Of a DNA stretch of 64,000 nucleotides, positions 1 through 9,076 are shown in pieces; position 1 is the stretch's first letter; the number at the start of each line of letters is the position of its first letter. This DNA comes from Dehalococcoidia bacterium. Lineage in GTDB: Bacteria > Chloroflexota > Dehalococcoidia > GIF9 > AB-539-J10. The notes under the pieces were generated by a model. It worked only from the letters and a program-made list of their open reading frames with translations. It was not told where the DNA came from and ran no database searches. The stretch is from positions 6,300 through 70,299 of the forward strand of contig JAUVZB010000005.1 in assembly GCA_030602785.1 (NCBI GenBank). The letters are read 5' to 3'. Both the position numbers and the translations under genes were made by a program.

Positions 1-210
1 TCAGGCAAACTTGTGCTCATCTTCTTCCGGACCGACCACATAGTCGTTGACCCCGTCGCCCTCACCGTTTCGCATGCGGCGGTGCACGGTCTTGAGGGAA
101 ACGGTGAACTCCCGGTTGAGAGCGAAGACGGCTGGGTAGACACGAACAACATGACCTGCTACGCACCGGTGCTGCGCCTGTCGTAGGCCGAAAAGGAGCA
201 CCTGCTTCAA
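1..210 (-). CDS. small hypothetical protein (69 aa)
   Basis: Complete ORF with its TGA at bases 1-3. The TTG start (208-210) overlaps the TGA of the upstream EamA gene (TTGA). Third codon positions are GC-rich like the neighbours. I recognise no motif. Confidence 0.25.
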   Translation of the reverse strand: MKQVLLFGLRQAQHRCVAGHVVRVYPAVFALNREFTVSLKTVHRRMRNGEGDGVNDYVVGPEEDEHKFA

Positions 211-1109
211 GAGAGGTCCGTCCCTGTTAAGGGCGTCGCCTGGTCCGACGCCAGCCCGCCGCGCGCAAATGCGATTCCGATACCCAGGAATATAAGCATC
301 GCGCCCAGGACCTCCAGAACGGTCGGCGGCTCACCGAGCACAACGAAGGCGAGCGCCGAGGCCCCCACCGGCTCCCCAAGTACGGCGACAGTCACCATCG
401 TCGCCGGCAGGAAACGGAGAGCCCAGTTCAGTGACATGTGCCCCAGCAGCTGAGGCACCAGCGCAAGGAGTATCACCATCGCATAGGTCATTGGCGAGTA
501 CCCTGAGAAAGGGATGCGCCACGCGCACATGGCTCCGAGCAAGAGGACTGCGGCGGTGGAGAAGACTACCGTCGAATACGCAAGAAGGCTCGCTCTGCGG
601 CGGACCCGGCGGCCAATCAGCAGGTAGGCTGCCATCGCCAGGGCAGCGAGAAGCGCTAACACGTTCCCGGAGAGAGCGTCACCACCAATGCTCCATCCTC
701 CATACCCTATGAGCAGAGCGCCGGCGGCACAGACCGCTATGCCCAGGAACGTCTCACGCCTCAACCTCTCCTTGAAAAGCACGTAAGAGGCCGCGGCCAC
801 AAACACAGGGCTGGCCGTCACCAGGACGACCGAACTGGCAACCGTGGTGCGTGAGAGCGACGCAATCCAGAGAGCGAAGTGGAGAGCAAGGAAGCCTCCG
901 GCGGGCAGAACCCAGCGCCATTCCTCCCGGATGAGATTGAGAATCTCACTCCGGGACCGGGCGAGACCATACGGCAGCAGCACCAGGGAGGCAATGAGCA
1001 GCCTGTACGCTGCAATCGCCACGGGGGGCGCCTCCGCGAGCCTGACGAGTACTGCCGCGCATGATATGGCGACTACGCCAAGAGCGAGTACGACTATCTG
1101 CCTCGACAC
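207..1109 (-). CDS. EamA/DMT-family transporter
   Basis: 300-aa ORF with a GTG start. About 10 hydrophobic helices fall in two similar halves, as in EamA (LHFALWIASLSRTTVASSVVL ; LLGHMSLNWALRFLPATMV). Confidence 0.8.
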   Translation of the reverse strand: MSRQIVVLALGVVAISCAAVLVRLAEAPPVAIAAYRLLIASLVLLPYGLARSRSEILNLIREEWRWVLPAGGFLALHFALWIASLSRTTVASSVVLVTASPVFVAAASYVLFKERLRRETFLGIAVCAAGALLIGYGGWSIGGDALSGNVLALLAALAMAAYLLIGRRVRRRASLLAYSTVVFSTAAVLLLGAMCAWRIPFSGYSPMTYAMVILLALVPQLLGHMSLNWALRFLPATMVTVAVLGEPVGASALAFVVLGEPPTVLEVLGAMLIFLGIGIAFARGGLASDQATPLTGTDLS

Positions 1110-1190
1110 GGGACGTTACCAACCAGGGCGATGGTACTACACACCGCAACCAAACAGCGAGTTAAGATGCGCACCGGCTCGGGAGCGCGG

Positions 1191-3653
1191 CTAGGAGGCG
1201 TCCGCCTCGCAATGGTCCTCCGACCGCGGCCCCTGGAATTCCCTGAGTTTCGAGGCCATGTCCTGGAGTTGCCGGACGACGCGATGGTTGACCGTCCTGG
1301 CAGCATAGCTGCCGTCTCTTCGCTTCTTTCCAGCGGGCGTGCCGCTGAGTATCTCGATGCCCTCGTCCACGGAGTCCACGGCGTACACGTGGAACTCACC
1401 CTTCCGGACAGCCTCCACCACTTCCTCACGAAGCATCAGATTGCGCAGATTCCTTCGAGGAATCATCACGCCCTGCGTTCCCGTAAGACCTCTTGACCGG
1501 CACACACGGAAGAAGCCCTCGATCTTCTGGTTTACGCCACCGATAGGCTGGACCTCCCCCTTCTGGTTGACCGAACCAGTGACCGCAATGTCCTGCCGGA
1601 GGGGCAGCTCAGCGAGGCTCGACAGCAGTGCGTACAGCTCGGCACTGGAGGCACTGTCGCCGTCCACACCACCATACGATTGCTCAAAGCACACACTTGC
1701 TGAGAGAGAAAGGGGGTGGTCCTGAGCGAACTTCCATCCGACATAGCCGCTCAGAATGAGCACTCCCTTGTCATGGGTACTCCCGCTCAGGTTCGCCTCT
1801 CGCTCGATATTGATGACGCCATCCCTGCCAAGGAAGGTCTTGCACGTGATACGGGACGGCTTGCCGAACATTATGTCGCCTAAACTATAGACGCTTAGCC
1901 CGTTCTCCTGCCCAACCACAGCCCCGTCCGTGTCAATCAGGATAGTTCCGTCCTCAATCATCTCGTTGAGGCGTTCGTCGGGCAGGTCGTGTCTGAAGCG
2001 CCTCTCCTCGAGGGCCTTGCGGACCTCGTCCTCGCCGACAAGTTTCGCTCCATCCCTGCGCGCCCAGTACTCCGCTTCCTCGATGAGCTCCTTGATGAAG
2101 GCGAAGCGTGACGAGAGCTTCTCCCGGTCCGCCACCATCCGCGCGGCGTACTCCATGACCTTGGCCACACCCGCCCTGTCGAAATGACGCAGCTCACACT
2201 CTCTGCAACAACCGGCGATGAAGGCGGCAAATGCAAGCATGTTCTCGGGTGTTCGTGACAACTCGTAGCTGAAATCGGCCTTGACCTTGAATATCTCCCA
2301 GAAATCCTCGTCGTACGTCGAGAGGAGGTGGTACAACGATGTATCGCCTATGAGTATCACCTTCACGCCCATCGGACCGGGCAGCGGGCGAAGGCCCTGT
2401 GGTGCAATCAGACCCATCTGCTCGAAAGGCTCCTCGATGCCAAGCTCCTTCGTCTTGAGAGCACGTTTCAGAGCCGGCCACACAGCGGCGTTGCCCAGCA
2501 CATCCGGCGCGCTCAGGAGCAGATATCCCCCATTGGCAAGGTGCAGCGCGCCGGGTTTGAGCATCATGTGGTCGCTCACGTAGCCACCAAGTATGAAGCG
2601 CCTCTCAATCCTGCCGAAGAGGTTCACGTAGTTGGGGTTCGTTTCCGTGATAATCGGAGGACCCTCCGTGGCTCCGTTGTCCACGAAGACGTTTACCTGG
2701 AACGGCACAAATGGATCGGGTGCGTACTGGGGCTGGCCTGTGGGCAACACGAGCCCTGCCTCGGGCTTCTCCTCCTGCTGCGCCTTGAAAGTGTCAATCT
2801 TATCCAGCGTGTATGACTTCAGGTCTACGAGGTACTGAATGATGTCCGCGGAATCGGAGTATTTGCTTGTGACCTTGTCGAAGAGGCGTGAGATGGTGAA
2901 CTCGGCAACACCGCGGTCGGACTCCTGGAGCTTCTCCGCCGTCTCGCGCTCGAGTTCCTGGGCGTCCTCAAACACGGCTTCCAGATTCTTCCGAAGCTCG
3001 TTGCGTGCCTCCTCAAACGCCTTCTGCTCTCCCTGCCCCAGCGCCATGAACTCCTCTTGAGACAGGGCCTTGCCGTCCTTCAACGGAACGAGAGCAGCCC
3101 CGGCCTGGGTCATCTGGATGAGGAAGCCCTTCTTCTGGGCTTCCGTGCGCAGCTCGCCGAATCTCTCCTGCTGCCGGGCCTGCCCCTCCTCGACTATCGC
3201 TTTCCTCCCGGCCTTGTAGTCCTCACTGGAAAACGCCTTCGCGAGGTCCCTCTTCAGGCGCTGCAGGAGCCCGCCGATGCTGTCTCTGAACTCGCGTCCC
3301 GTGCCTGGCGGCAACTCGACCATACGCGGACGGTCCACATGTGCGAAGTTGTAGATGTAGCACCAGTCGCTGACATGGTAGGTCTCCCCACGCTCTTCCC
3401 TCTCAAGTATCAGCTTCTGAATGTAGGTCTTGGCGACCGACGTTTTGCCCGTGCCGGTCAAGCCCGAGAGGTAGATGTTGTAGCCGTCGCGCTCCATGGA
3501 CAGTCCGAACTCGATGGCCCGTATCGCCCTGTCCTGCCCGATGAATTCATGCAGAGGCGCGAGGTCCTCGGTGCAATCGAAGTCGAATTGAGACGGATCG
3601 CAGTGCCAGCGAAGCTGGTCTGCCGTCACTTCGAATGTGGATTTGTCCACCAC
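1191..3653 (-). CDS. Lon-like ATP-dependent protease, LonC-type (AAA module with a large helical insertion plus an S16 protease domain)
   Basis: Walker A is GLTGTGKTS. A long charged helical insert follows (EEGQARQQERFGELRTEAQKK...). The C-terminal Lon protease motifs are GVDGDSASSAELYALLSSL and VNQKGEVQPIGGVNQKIEGFF. The ORF is open to 3761, but the GTG at 3653/3650 follows AAAGGAG (3657-3663) and avoids overlap with the upstream gene. Confidence 0.85.
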   Translation of the reverse strand: MVDKSTFEVTADQLRWHCDPSQFDFDCTEDLAPLHEFIGQDRAIRAIEFGLSMERDGYNIYLSGLTGTGKTSVAKTYIQKLILEREERGETYHVSDWCYIYNFAHVDRPRMVELPPGTGREFRDSIGGLLQRLKRDLAKAFSSEDYKAGRKAIVEEGQARQQERFGELRTEAQKKGFLIQMTQAGAALVPLKDGKALSQEEFMALGQGEQKAFEEARNELRKNLEAVFEDAQELERETAEKLQESDRGVAEFTISRLFDKVTSKYSDSADIIQYLVDLKSYTLDKIDTFKAQQEEKPEAGLVLPTGQPQYAPDPFVPFQVNVFVDNGATEGPPIITETNPNYVNLFGRIERRFILGGYVSDHMMLKPGALHLANGGYLLLSAPDVLGNAAVWPALKRALKTKELGIEEPFEQMGLIAPQGLRPLPGPMGVKVILIGDTSLYHLLSTYDEDFWEIFKVKADFSYELSRTPENMLAFAAFIAGCCRECELRHFDRAGVAKVMEYAARMVADREKLSSRFAFIKELIEEAEYWARRDGAKLVGEDEVRKALEERRFRHDLPDERLNEMIEDGTILIDTDGAVVGQENGLSVYSLGDIMFGKPSRITCKTFLGRDGVINIEREANLSGSTHDKGVLILSGYVGWKFAQDHPLSLSASVCFEQSYGGVDGDSASSAELYALLSSLAELPLRQDIAVTGSVNQKGEVQPIGGVNQKIEGFFRVCRSRGLTGTQGVMIPRRNLRNLMLREEVVEAVRKGEFHVYAVDSVDEGIEILSGTPAGKKRRDGSYAARTVNHRVVRQLQDMASKLREFQGPRSEDHCEADAS

Positions 3654-3699
3654 GCTTCTCCTTTGCGGTGCTGAGGCCCCCCTCCCGGCGCCGGTATCG

Positions 3700-4452
3700 T
3701 CAGGAGGAAGGCTCTGAAGGCGATTTCCGGGGGGTCTCTTGAGCCTCCCCGTTCTCACCATTGTTGCTGAGCCTCACGTTCACCTTGTTGAGGGACACAC
3801 GCCCGGCCGACACAATCATCTTGAGAGCGTCATCAACGGGGATGTCGGTGCGGAGCACATCCTCCTCGCGCATAATCTCCAGAAACCCGGATGTAGGATT
3901 CGGGGCTGTAGGTATGAACACGTTCAGCAGCTTTTGACCGGAGCTGTCGTACTCCTCGTTCGTAATGAAACCCAGTGTTCGGATTCCCTTGCGAGGAAAT
4001 TCGACAAGGACCACCTCCATGAACCCCGTCTCACGCGGAGAGGCGAAACCCTCCAGGATCTGCTTGATACCCGCGTACATCTGCTTCACAACCGGGACTC
4101 GAGCCAGAAGCGACTCCGCGAATCGTATGAGACTGTGACCTCCAAAATAGCTGACAATCACGCCAGCAACGTAGATGACGACAAGGGTGATAGCAAATCC
4201 AAGGCCGTACACGGGCTGACCAACCACCGTGCGGATTATGGGTTGAAGAATGTCATCGACCCACTCGAATAGCCACTTGAGGATGAGAATCGTGGCCGCG
4301 AGTGGCACCACGACGAGGATACCGGCCATGAGATGGCCGCGGACTTTCCTGCCTATGTAGGTCCAGAACGACTTATGGCGCGCGTGCGCCTGAGCCATCC
4401 GGAGACCTTTCACAACCTCCCTGGCCTTTTCGTCGACGTCAGGAGATGTCAT
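3700..4452 (-). CDS. DUF502-family membrane protein
   Basis: 250 aa with an ATG start. The N-terminal TM pair is LMAGILVVVPLAATILILKWLFEWVDDILQPII, and the layout is typical of DUF502. It lies directly upstream of the Lon-like gene. Confidence 0.7.
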   Translation of the reverse strand: MTSPDVDEKAREVVKGLRMAQAHARHKSFWTYIGRKVRGHLMAGILVVVPLAATILILKWLFEWVDDILQPIIRTVVGQPVYGLGFAITLVVIYVAGVIVSYFGGHSLIRFAESLLARVPVVKQMYAGIKQILEGFASPRETGFMEVVLVEFPRKGIRTLGFITNEEYDSSGQKLLNVFIPTAPNPTSGFLEIMREEDVLRTDIPVDDALKMIVSAGRVSLNKVNVRLSNNGENGEAQETPRKSPSEPSS

Positions 4453-4540
4453 CGTGCAGCCTCATTGTGAACGTTGGCAGGGGCAGCCTCCACGGTCAGG
4501 GTGCGCCGGGATGCCTCTGCTATCGACTGATTCGGACAGG

Positions 4541-4801
4541 TCACCCGCCGCCCTCTCTACGCAGTTCAAACACAACCGGGTTGTCAGGGTCAGGGCAGGC
4601 AACACGCGCCACCTCGGGGTCGGGCTCCCACGGAAAGCTGCTTCCGAACTGCAGAACCTGAGAGAACGGGTACAGGGTGTAGAAAGACCACGAACACAAG
4701 CCGCACGGAGTCGTCTGGCCGATCACGAACTCATCACCCACCCGGTGCCCGGCCTCGCACGTGCCCTGCTGTGATACCACTCCGGCGATTACGTCAACCA
4801 T
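4541..4801 (-). CDS. TIGR04076-family small Cys-rich protein
   Basis: 86 aa. The pattern GTCEAGHRVGDEF...PCGLCSWSF...FGSSFPWEPD...VACPDPDNPVVFELRR matches my memory of the TIGR04076 signature. Confidence 0.6.
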   Translation of the reverse strand: MVDVIAGVVSQQGTCEAGHRVGDEFVIGQTTPCGLCSWSFYTLYPFSQVLQFGSSFPWEPDPEVARVACPDPDNPVVFELRREGGG

Positions 4802-4984
4802 GCCTTCACGACCCGACGCACCATATTCTCAAGGAACAGATAGTGCTTCCCGGCAGGAGGGAGAAGTCCTCGCCCGCCACCCTGCTCGCGCGAACACACG
4901 CTCCGGTATCGGCGGGACATAACTAACCCAAGTATATGCGTCCGGGGCCGCTCAAGTCCAACCACAGGCGCCGACACCGGGGGC

Positions 4985-6235
4985 TCAGCGGCCGGCGGGG
5001 CGCCGGCAGACAAGAATGCTCACAATAGCCACGGCAAAGAGCACGAGGAAGACGACGAACACGCTGGTGTAACTACCGGACGAGTCGTACAAGCGTCCCG
5101 CCACCAGCGGGCCCACCGCGCTACCCACCGCATAGGGGATAGTGATAGCACCAAAAATGGCCCCGTAGTTGGCGAGTCCGAAGTACCCGCTGGTAAGCAT
5201 CGACATGGTTGGAAGCCAACTCCCGAGCCCCAGACCCATCATTACCGCGTACAGCCACGCGGCCGTGGCCGGCGAATCCGGGCCGATGCCCATGAGCACG
5301 ATGATGCTCCCGAGCTGCAGGGAGAGACCGATGGCGAGCACATACCTGGCCTGCATCCTGTCACACAGCCACCCGAAGCCGAACTTCCCGAATGCACTGC
5401 TCAGGCCAACGGCGCCCAGGGCTCCTGCGCTCACGGCCATAGGGAATCCGGCGTCCTCCAAGAACGGCACCTGGTTCTGGACGGCGCCCACCTGCGCAAA
5501 GTGGCTGAGAAGGTAGGTGACCACAATCAGCCAGAACGCGGTTGTTCCCATTGCCACCTTCAACGACACGCCGGCCACCGGTTGTCTGCTGGCGCGCCCG
5601 GAAACCGCCGTCACATCCTCCACCCCGAACGCCACCACACCCTTCTCCGAGGGCCTGGTCCTGATAACCAGGATGGCGAGGGGTACAATCACGAGCCAGC
5701 ACAGAGCCCCCAGCACAAGGTAGGAGTGGCCCCAGCCAAGCCGCGGCAGCAGCAAGGTCCCCACAAGAGGCGCAAGCGCAATCCCTCCCACTCCGATTCC
5801 CGAGGCCATGAGGCCAACTGCGGTGCCCCTGCGCTTCTCGAACCAGTTGGAGACAACAGCACTGCTCGGTATCTGTCCGGTGCCGGCCATACCGAGGCCG
5901 ACAATCATATAGCCAAGGTAGAACTGCCACAGCTCCGTCATCGAGCTGAGCACAACGAAGCCCGCTCCGGCAACGATGGCCCCGAGGGACATCACGACGC
6001 GCGCCCCATGCCTGTCAACGAGCCTGCCTACCTGGGGAGCAACAAGACCCGTCGTGAGAAAGAAGACCGTGAAACCGGCCATGACGTCCCCCCTCCCCCA
6101 TCCCAGGTCTTTCTCCAGAGGAGTCACAAAGAGGCTGAATGAATAGAAGCCACAGCCGAACGTGACAACGTTGCACAGGAAAGCGGCAAGGACAACCCAG
6201 TACCCGTAGAACGGTTTTCTCCGATCAGTAGACAA
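4985..6235 (-). CDS. MFS transporter (oxalate/formate antiporter-like)
   Basis: 416 aa with a TTG start and GAGG 9 nt upstream. It has 12 hydrophobic segments and an MFS loop motif (GRLVDRHGARVV). Confidence 0.8.
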   Translation of the reverse strand: MSTDRRKPFYGYWVVLAAFLCNVVTFGCGFYSFSLFVTPLEKDLGWGRGDVMAGFTVFFLTTGLVAPQVGRLVDRHGARVVMSLGAIVAGAGFVVLSSMTELWQFYLGYMIVGLGMAGTGQIPSSAVVSNWFEKRRGTAVGLMASGIGVGGIALAPLVGTLLLPRLGWGHSYLVLGALCWLVIVPLAILVIRTRPSEKGVVAFGVEDVTAVSGRASRQPVAGVSLKVAMGTTAFWLIVVTYLLSHFAQVGAVQNQVPFLEDAGFPMAVSAGALGAVGLSSAFGKFGFGWLCDRMQARYVLAIGLSLQLGSIIVLMGIGPDSPATAAWLYAVMMGLGLGSWLPTMSMLTSGYFGLANYGAIFGAITIPYAVGSAVGPLVAGRLYDSSGSYTSVFVVFLVLFAVAIVSILVCRRPAGR

Positions 6236-6370
6236 CAGGCAGCCTCATCATGAAGAGTCCGGCAACGTGGCGATATCACACGCCGGCACCGACACGCCAT
6301 ACGCGCAGCGGAAGCGAATTATATCAGGGCCGGTAGCACCTTCAGGGCGATGCTTCTACGCACCGGCGCG

Positions 6371-6401
6371 TTGGCTGGTAACGCATACGGGATGCTAGAA
6401 T
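6371..6401 (+). promoter_or_regulatory. candidate sigma70-type promoter for the beta-CASP gene
   Basis: TTGGCT (6371-6376), a 19-nt spacer, then the extended -10 TGcTAGAAT (6393-6401). It lies about 100 nt upstream of the ATG at 6501. Confidence 0.25.
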
Positions 6402-6500
6402 CTCCCGCACGCATGACGCGCTGAATGAGCGCCGCTGCCGGAGCAACGCGAGCCGACGGCCCCGCCATCCCGCACGTCAGCAGGACATACTGGAGGACGA

Positions 6501-7907
6501 ATGGACATCAAGTTGCATTTCCTCGGCGCTGCGCAGAACGTCACGGGCTCGCGCTTCCTTCTCGAGACTAACGGCCACAGGTTTCTCATCGACTGCGGCA
6601 TGCACCAGGAAAGAGAGCTGCGCTCGAGGGACTGGGACCCATTTCCGGTGTCACCATCATCCATCGACGCGGTATTGATTACGCATGCCCACCTTGACCA
6701 CTGCGGCTATCTCCCCAAGCTCGTCCGCGAGGGGTTCCAGGGCCCTATCTACTCGACTCGAGCCACGGCGGAGATAATGCGGATATCACTGCTGGACTCC
6801 GCGCACCTGCAGGAATCCGACGCCGAGCACAAGAGAAGGCGTCACCAGCGGGAAGGGCGCAAGGGCCCCCGTCCGGTGATGCCCCTGTACACCGTGGAGG
6901 ATGCCGAAAGGTGCTTCGACCTGTTCCAGACAGTGCGCTACAAGCAGGAGCAAGTGCTGAGCGACGGCGTGTCAGCCAGCTACTTCGACGCGGGCCACAT
7001 ACTCGGCTCCGCGATGATAGCCATCGACATACAATCGAACGGCGAGAAGCGGCGCATCGTCTTTTCCGGAGATATCGGACGCTGGGATAGACCAATCCTC
7101 CGTGACCCGACAACCTTCGAGCAGGCCGACTACATCGTCATGGAATCCACATACGGCAACCGCACCCACGGGAACGTTGCCGACATCGAGAACGAACTCG
7201 AGAAGGTCATCGAGAACACTGTGCGGGAGCGAGGAAACATCGTTGTGCCGAGCTTCGCCATAGAAAGGGCGCAGGAAGTGCTCTACCACATGAACGACCT
7301 CCTCGAGGCGAACAGGATTCCCCATGTCCTTGTGTTCCTGGACAGCCCGATGGCCATCAAGGTCACCGAGGTGTTCCGCAGGCACCACGAACTCTTCGAC
7401 GAAGAGACGAAGGAGTTGTTGCAGAACAGCAAGAACCCGTTCGACTTTCCGAGCCTCGTTACAGTGGACACGACCGACCACTCCAAGGCGCTGAACTACC
7501 TGGGTGGGACCGGCATGATAATCGCCGGTTCAGGGATGTGCACGGGAGGCAGAGTCAAGCACCATCTTGTGAACAACATCACGAGGCCCGAGTCGACTAT
7601 CCTGTTCGTGGGCTACCAGGCGTACGGGACGCTCGGGCGCCAGATCGTGGACGGCGCTGAGGAAGTGCGAATCTTCGGCGAGCGCTATCCTGTGAGGGCA
7701 CATATAGAGCAGATCCACGGGTTCTCCGCACACGCCGACCAGAACGAACTGCTTCGCTGGCTGTCCAGCATCAAGAACACCCCGCGCAAGGTGTTCGTGG
7801 TGCACGGAGAGAAGGACTCAGCGCACGATTTCGCCGCGCTGCTCACCGAGAAAGAGGGGTGGGACGTCGCCATCCCGGGCTATCGCGACGAGGTGCGAAT
7901 CGACTAG
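6501..7907 (+). CDS. MBL-fold beta-CASP ribonuclease (RNase J/CPSF-like)
   Basis: 468 aa. GGAGG precedes the ATG. The HxHxDH motif is THAHLDHCGYLP. The beta-CASP and RNA-specificity C-terminal region is GFSAHADQNELLRWL. Confidence 0.85.
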   Translation: MDIKLHFLGAAQNVTGSRFLLETNGHRFLIDCGMHQERELRSRDWDPFPVSPSSIDAVLITHAHLDHCGYLPKLVREGFQGPIYSTRATAEIMRISLLDSAHLQESDAEHKRRRHQREGRKGPRPVMPLYTVEDAERCFDLFQTVRYKQEQVLSDGVSASYFDAGHILGSAMIAIDIQSNGEKRRIVFSGDIGRWDRPILRDPTTFEQADYIVMESTYGNRTHGNVADIENELEKVIENTVRERGNIVVPSFAIERAQEVLYHMNDLLEANRIPHVLVFLDSPMAIKVTEVFRRHHELFDEETKELLQNSKNPFDFPSLVTVDTTDHSKALNYLGGTGMIIAGSGMCTGGRVKHHLVNNITRPESTILFVGYQAYGTLGRQIVDGAEEVRIFGERYPVRAHIEQIHGFSAHADQNELLRWLSSIKNTPRKVFVVHGEKDSAHDFAALLTEKEGWDVAIPGYRDEVRID

Positions 7908-8247
7908 GAGCCTGTCCGAGAAACAGCCCCCTTGGTATTGGTACGAAGGGAGCAACTCGGCCATGTCGCGCTGTTGATATGCCACTCATTATCACCATTC
8001 ACGGTCGAGTCCCCTGGTGTAGGGGCGGACCTCTGTGTCCGCCCGCTACGGGTTTGTGCACCGTCGGCGGTTGGCTGCACCAGCACCTCCATCTGCATCC
8101 ATCTCCCCCGCCACGGGCAGGCGCAGAGGCCTGCCCCTACATTCCGCGCTTCGCGCACTCCCAGCCTTCGTGAGGTGGCGCGCCAACCCTGCCCTAGGCT
8201 GTGCAGCCTCACCGTAAGTGTGCTTATTCCGACCTGCTTCTAGCTCC
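7907..8247. repeat. copy 1 of a ~166-nt TIR-bounded repeat family, expanded by a ~175-nt internal insertion
   Basis: It aligns by eye to 16169..16335 and 20407..20572. The left end is GGAGCCTGTCCGAGAAACAG. The right end is GCAGCCTCACCGTAAGTGTGCTTATTCCGAC. It fills the whole gap between two convergent genes. Confidence 0.8.
8018..8141. repeat. nested element bounded by two inverted GTAGGGGC-type hairpins
   Basis: Plus-strand hairpin: TGTAGGGGCGGACCTCTGTGTCCGCCCG (stem 8023-8030 / 8037-8044). Minus-strand mirror copy: TGTAGGGGCAGGCCTCTGCGCCTGCCCG (stem 8115-8122 / 8129-8136). Both are absent from repeat copies 2 and 3. Confidence 0.6.
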
Positions 8248-8575
8248 ACCGCCGGAGAGGCTCATAGAAGGCCCGCGACGTCAACTCCATGTCCCTGCCT
8301 CCCCATGTTTCCTGCATCTCCTTGCGCGCCTCCGCGAGAGCATCGCTGGAGAGCCAACTCTTAAACGTTGCCACATCCTTGAACTCGTAGGCGGCCAGAT
8401 AGGGTGACTGGTCGCTCTCGACATCGCGGGACAGCTTGTAGCGAGTCACCGCCGATATGTGGCCGCCCTTCATGAGCATCGGGATGTGAACCTCGTCGTA
8501 CCACTTGTTGAACTCGTCATCAAGCTCGGGAGCACAGCGTGTCCCTACGATCCACATGAACGGATTCTGAGCCAT
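8240..8575 (-). CDS. EthD/dimeric alpha-beta-barrel-like small protein
   Basis: About 111 aa. AAGGAGG lies upstream of the ATG at 8575. The segment FNKWYDEVHIPMLMK...AAYEFKDVATFKSWLSS resembles EthD/DUF4286-type proteins. Confidence 0.45.
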   Translation of the reverse strand: MAQNPFMWIVGTRCAPELDDEFNKWYDEVHIPMLMKGGHISAVTRYKLSRDVESDQSPYLAAYEFKDVATFKSWLSSDALAEARKEMQETWGGRDMELTSRAFYEPLRRWS

Positions 8576-8837
8576 CACGCCTCCTTGGTTGCCCTGTTCA
8601 GCCGTTCAGGCCGGGGCGCTCGTGTCGGGTGTCCGCACTATATCACACGCCAATCGAAGAGCCGTCCGGGAACCGGGGCGAGTAGTCCCCCTGTGGTGGC
8701 TCCCGGCGTCAGCGTGAGTGAGCGCGATGAGGCCAATCCTGCTCTGCTACAATGGGTGCCCAGCAGCCTGGCAGAGATGGCTGGCTGCGGGCACTGCCCG
8801 ACCTCTTCGAAACGCCTTTCAGCATCTGCGAGGAACA

Positions 8838-9053
8838 ATGTCGAAACGAGAACGCCGGTTTCAGCTATGGGGATGGATACTCTTCATCGTGTGCGCCGGC
8901 TTCTTCATTGTCTCCGCCATTCACAATCGTGATGTGCCCTATCTCATCGGGAGCGTCGTCTTCCTGGCGGCCTGCATCGTCTTCATCATCCCTCTCGTGA
9001 CGGAAGGGAAGGCTCGCAAGCCCGGCCGCCGGGAATCAGACCCTGAGGAGTAG
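8838..9053 (+). CDS. small two-TM membrane protein
   Basis: The ATG at 8838 follows GAGG. The 71-aa product MSKRERRFQLWGWILFIVCAGFFIVSAIH...VVFLAACIVFIIPLV has two hydrophobic helices. Confidence 0.45.
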   Translation: MSKRERRFQLWGWILFIVCAGFFIVSAIHNRDVPYLIGSVVFLAACIVFIIPLVTEGKARKPGRRESDPEE

Positions 9054-9076
9054 TCATCCACGGCGACTCGCACGTC

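Noticed and set aside
1191-3653. The Lon-like protease as a BrxL-type phage-defence component
   Set aside because: No BREX or other defence partners are nearby (no methyltransferase, PglZ or BrxC). The context is housekeeping transporters.
3654-3761. N-terminal extension of the Lon-like ORF overlapping the DUF502 gene
   Set aside because: An RBS-backed GTG at 3653/3650 gives the conventional N-terminus. The extension is Arg/Pro-rich and overlaps the upstream gene.
7904-8212. ORFs running through the repeat copies. The same applies to 7859..8173, 16084..16428 and the N-terminal part of 20189..20518.
   Set aside because: Their similarity to each other reflects nucleotide-level repeat conservation in several frames. 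They have no RBS and the translations are low-complexity.
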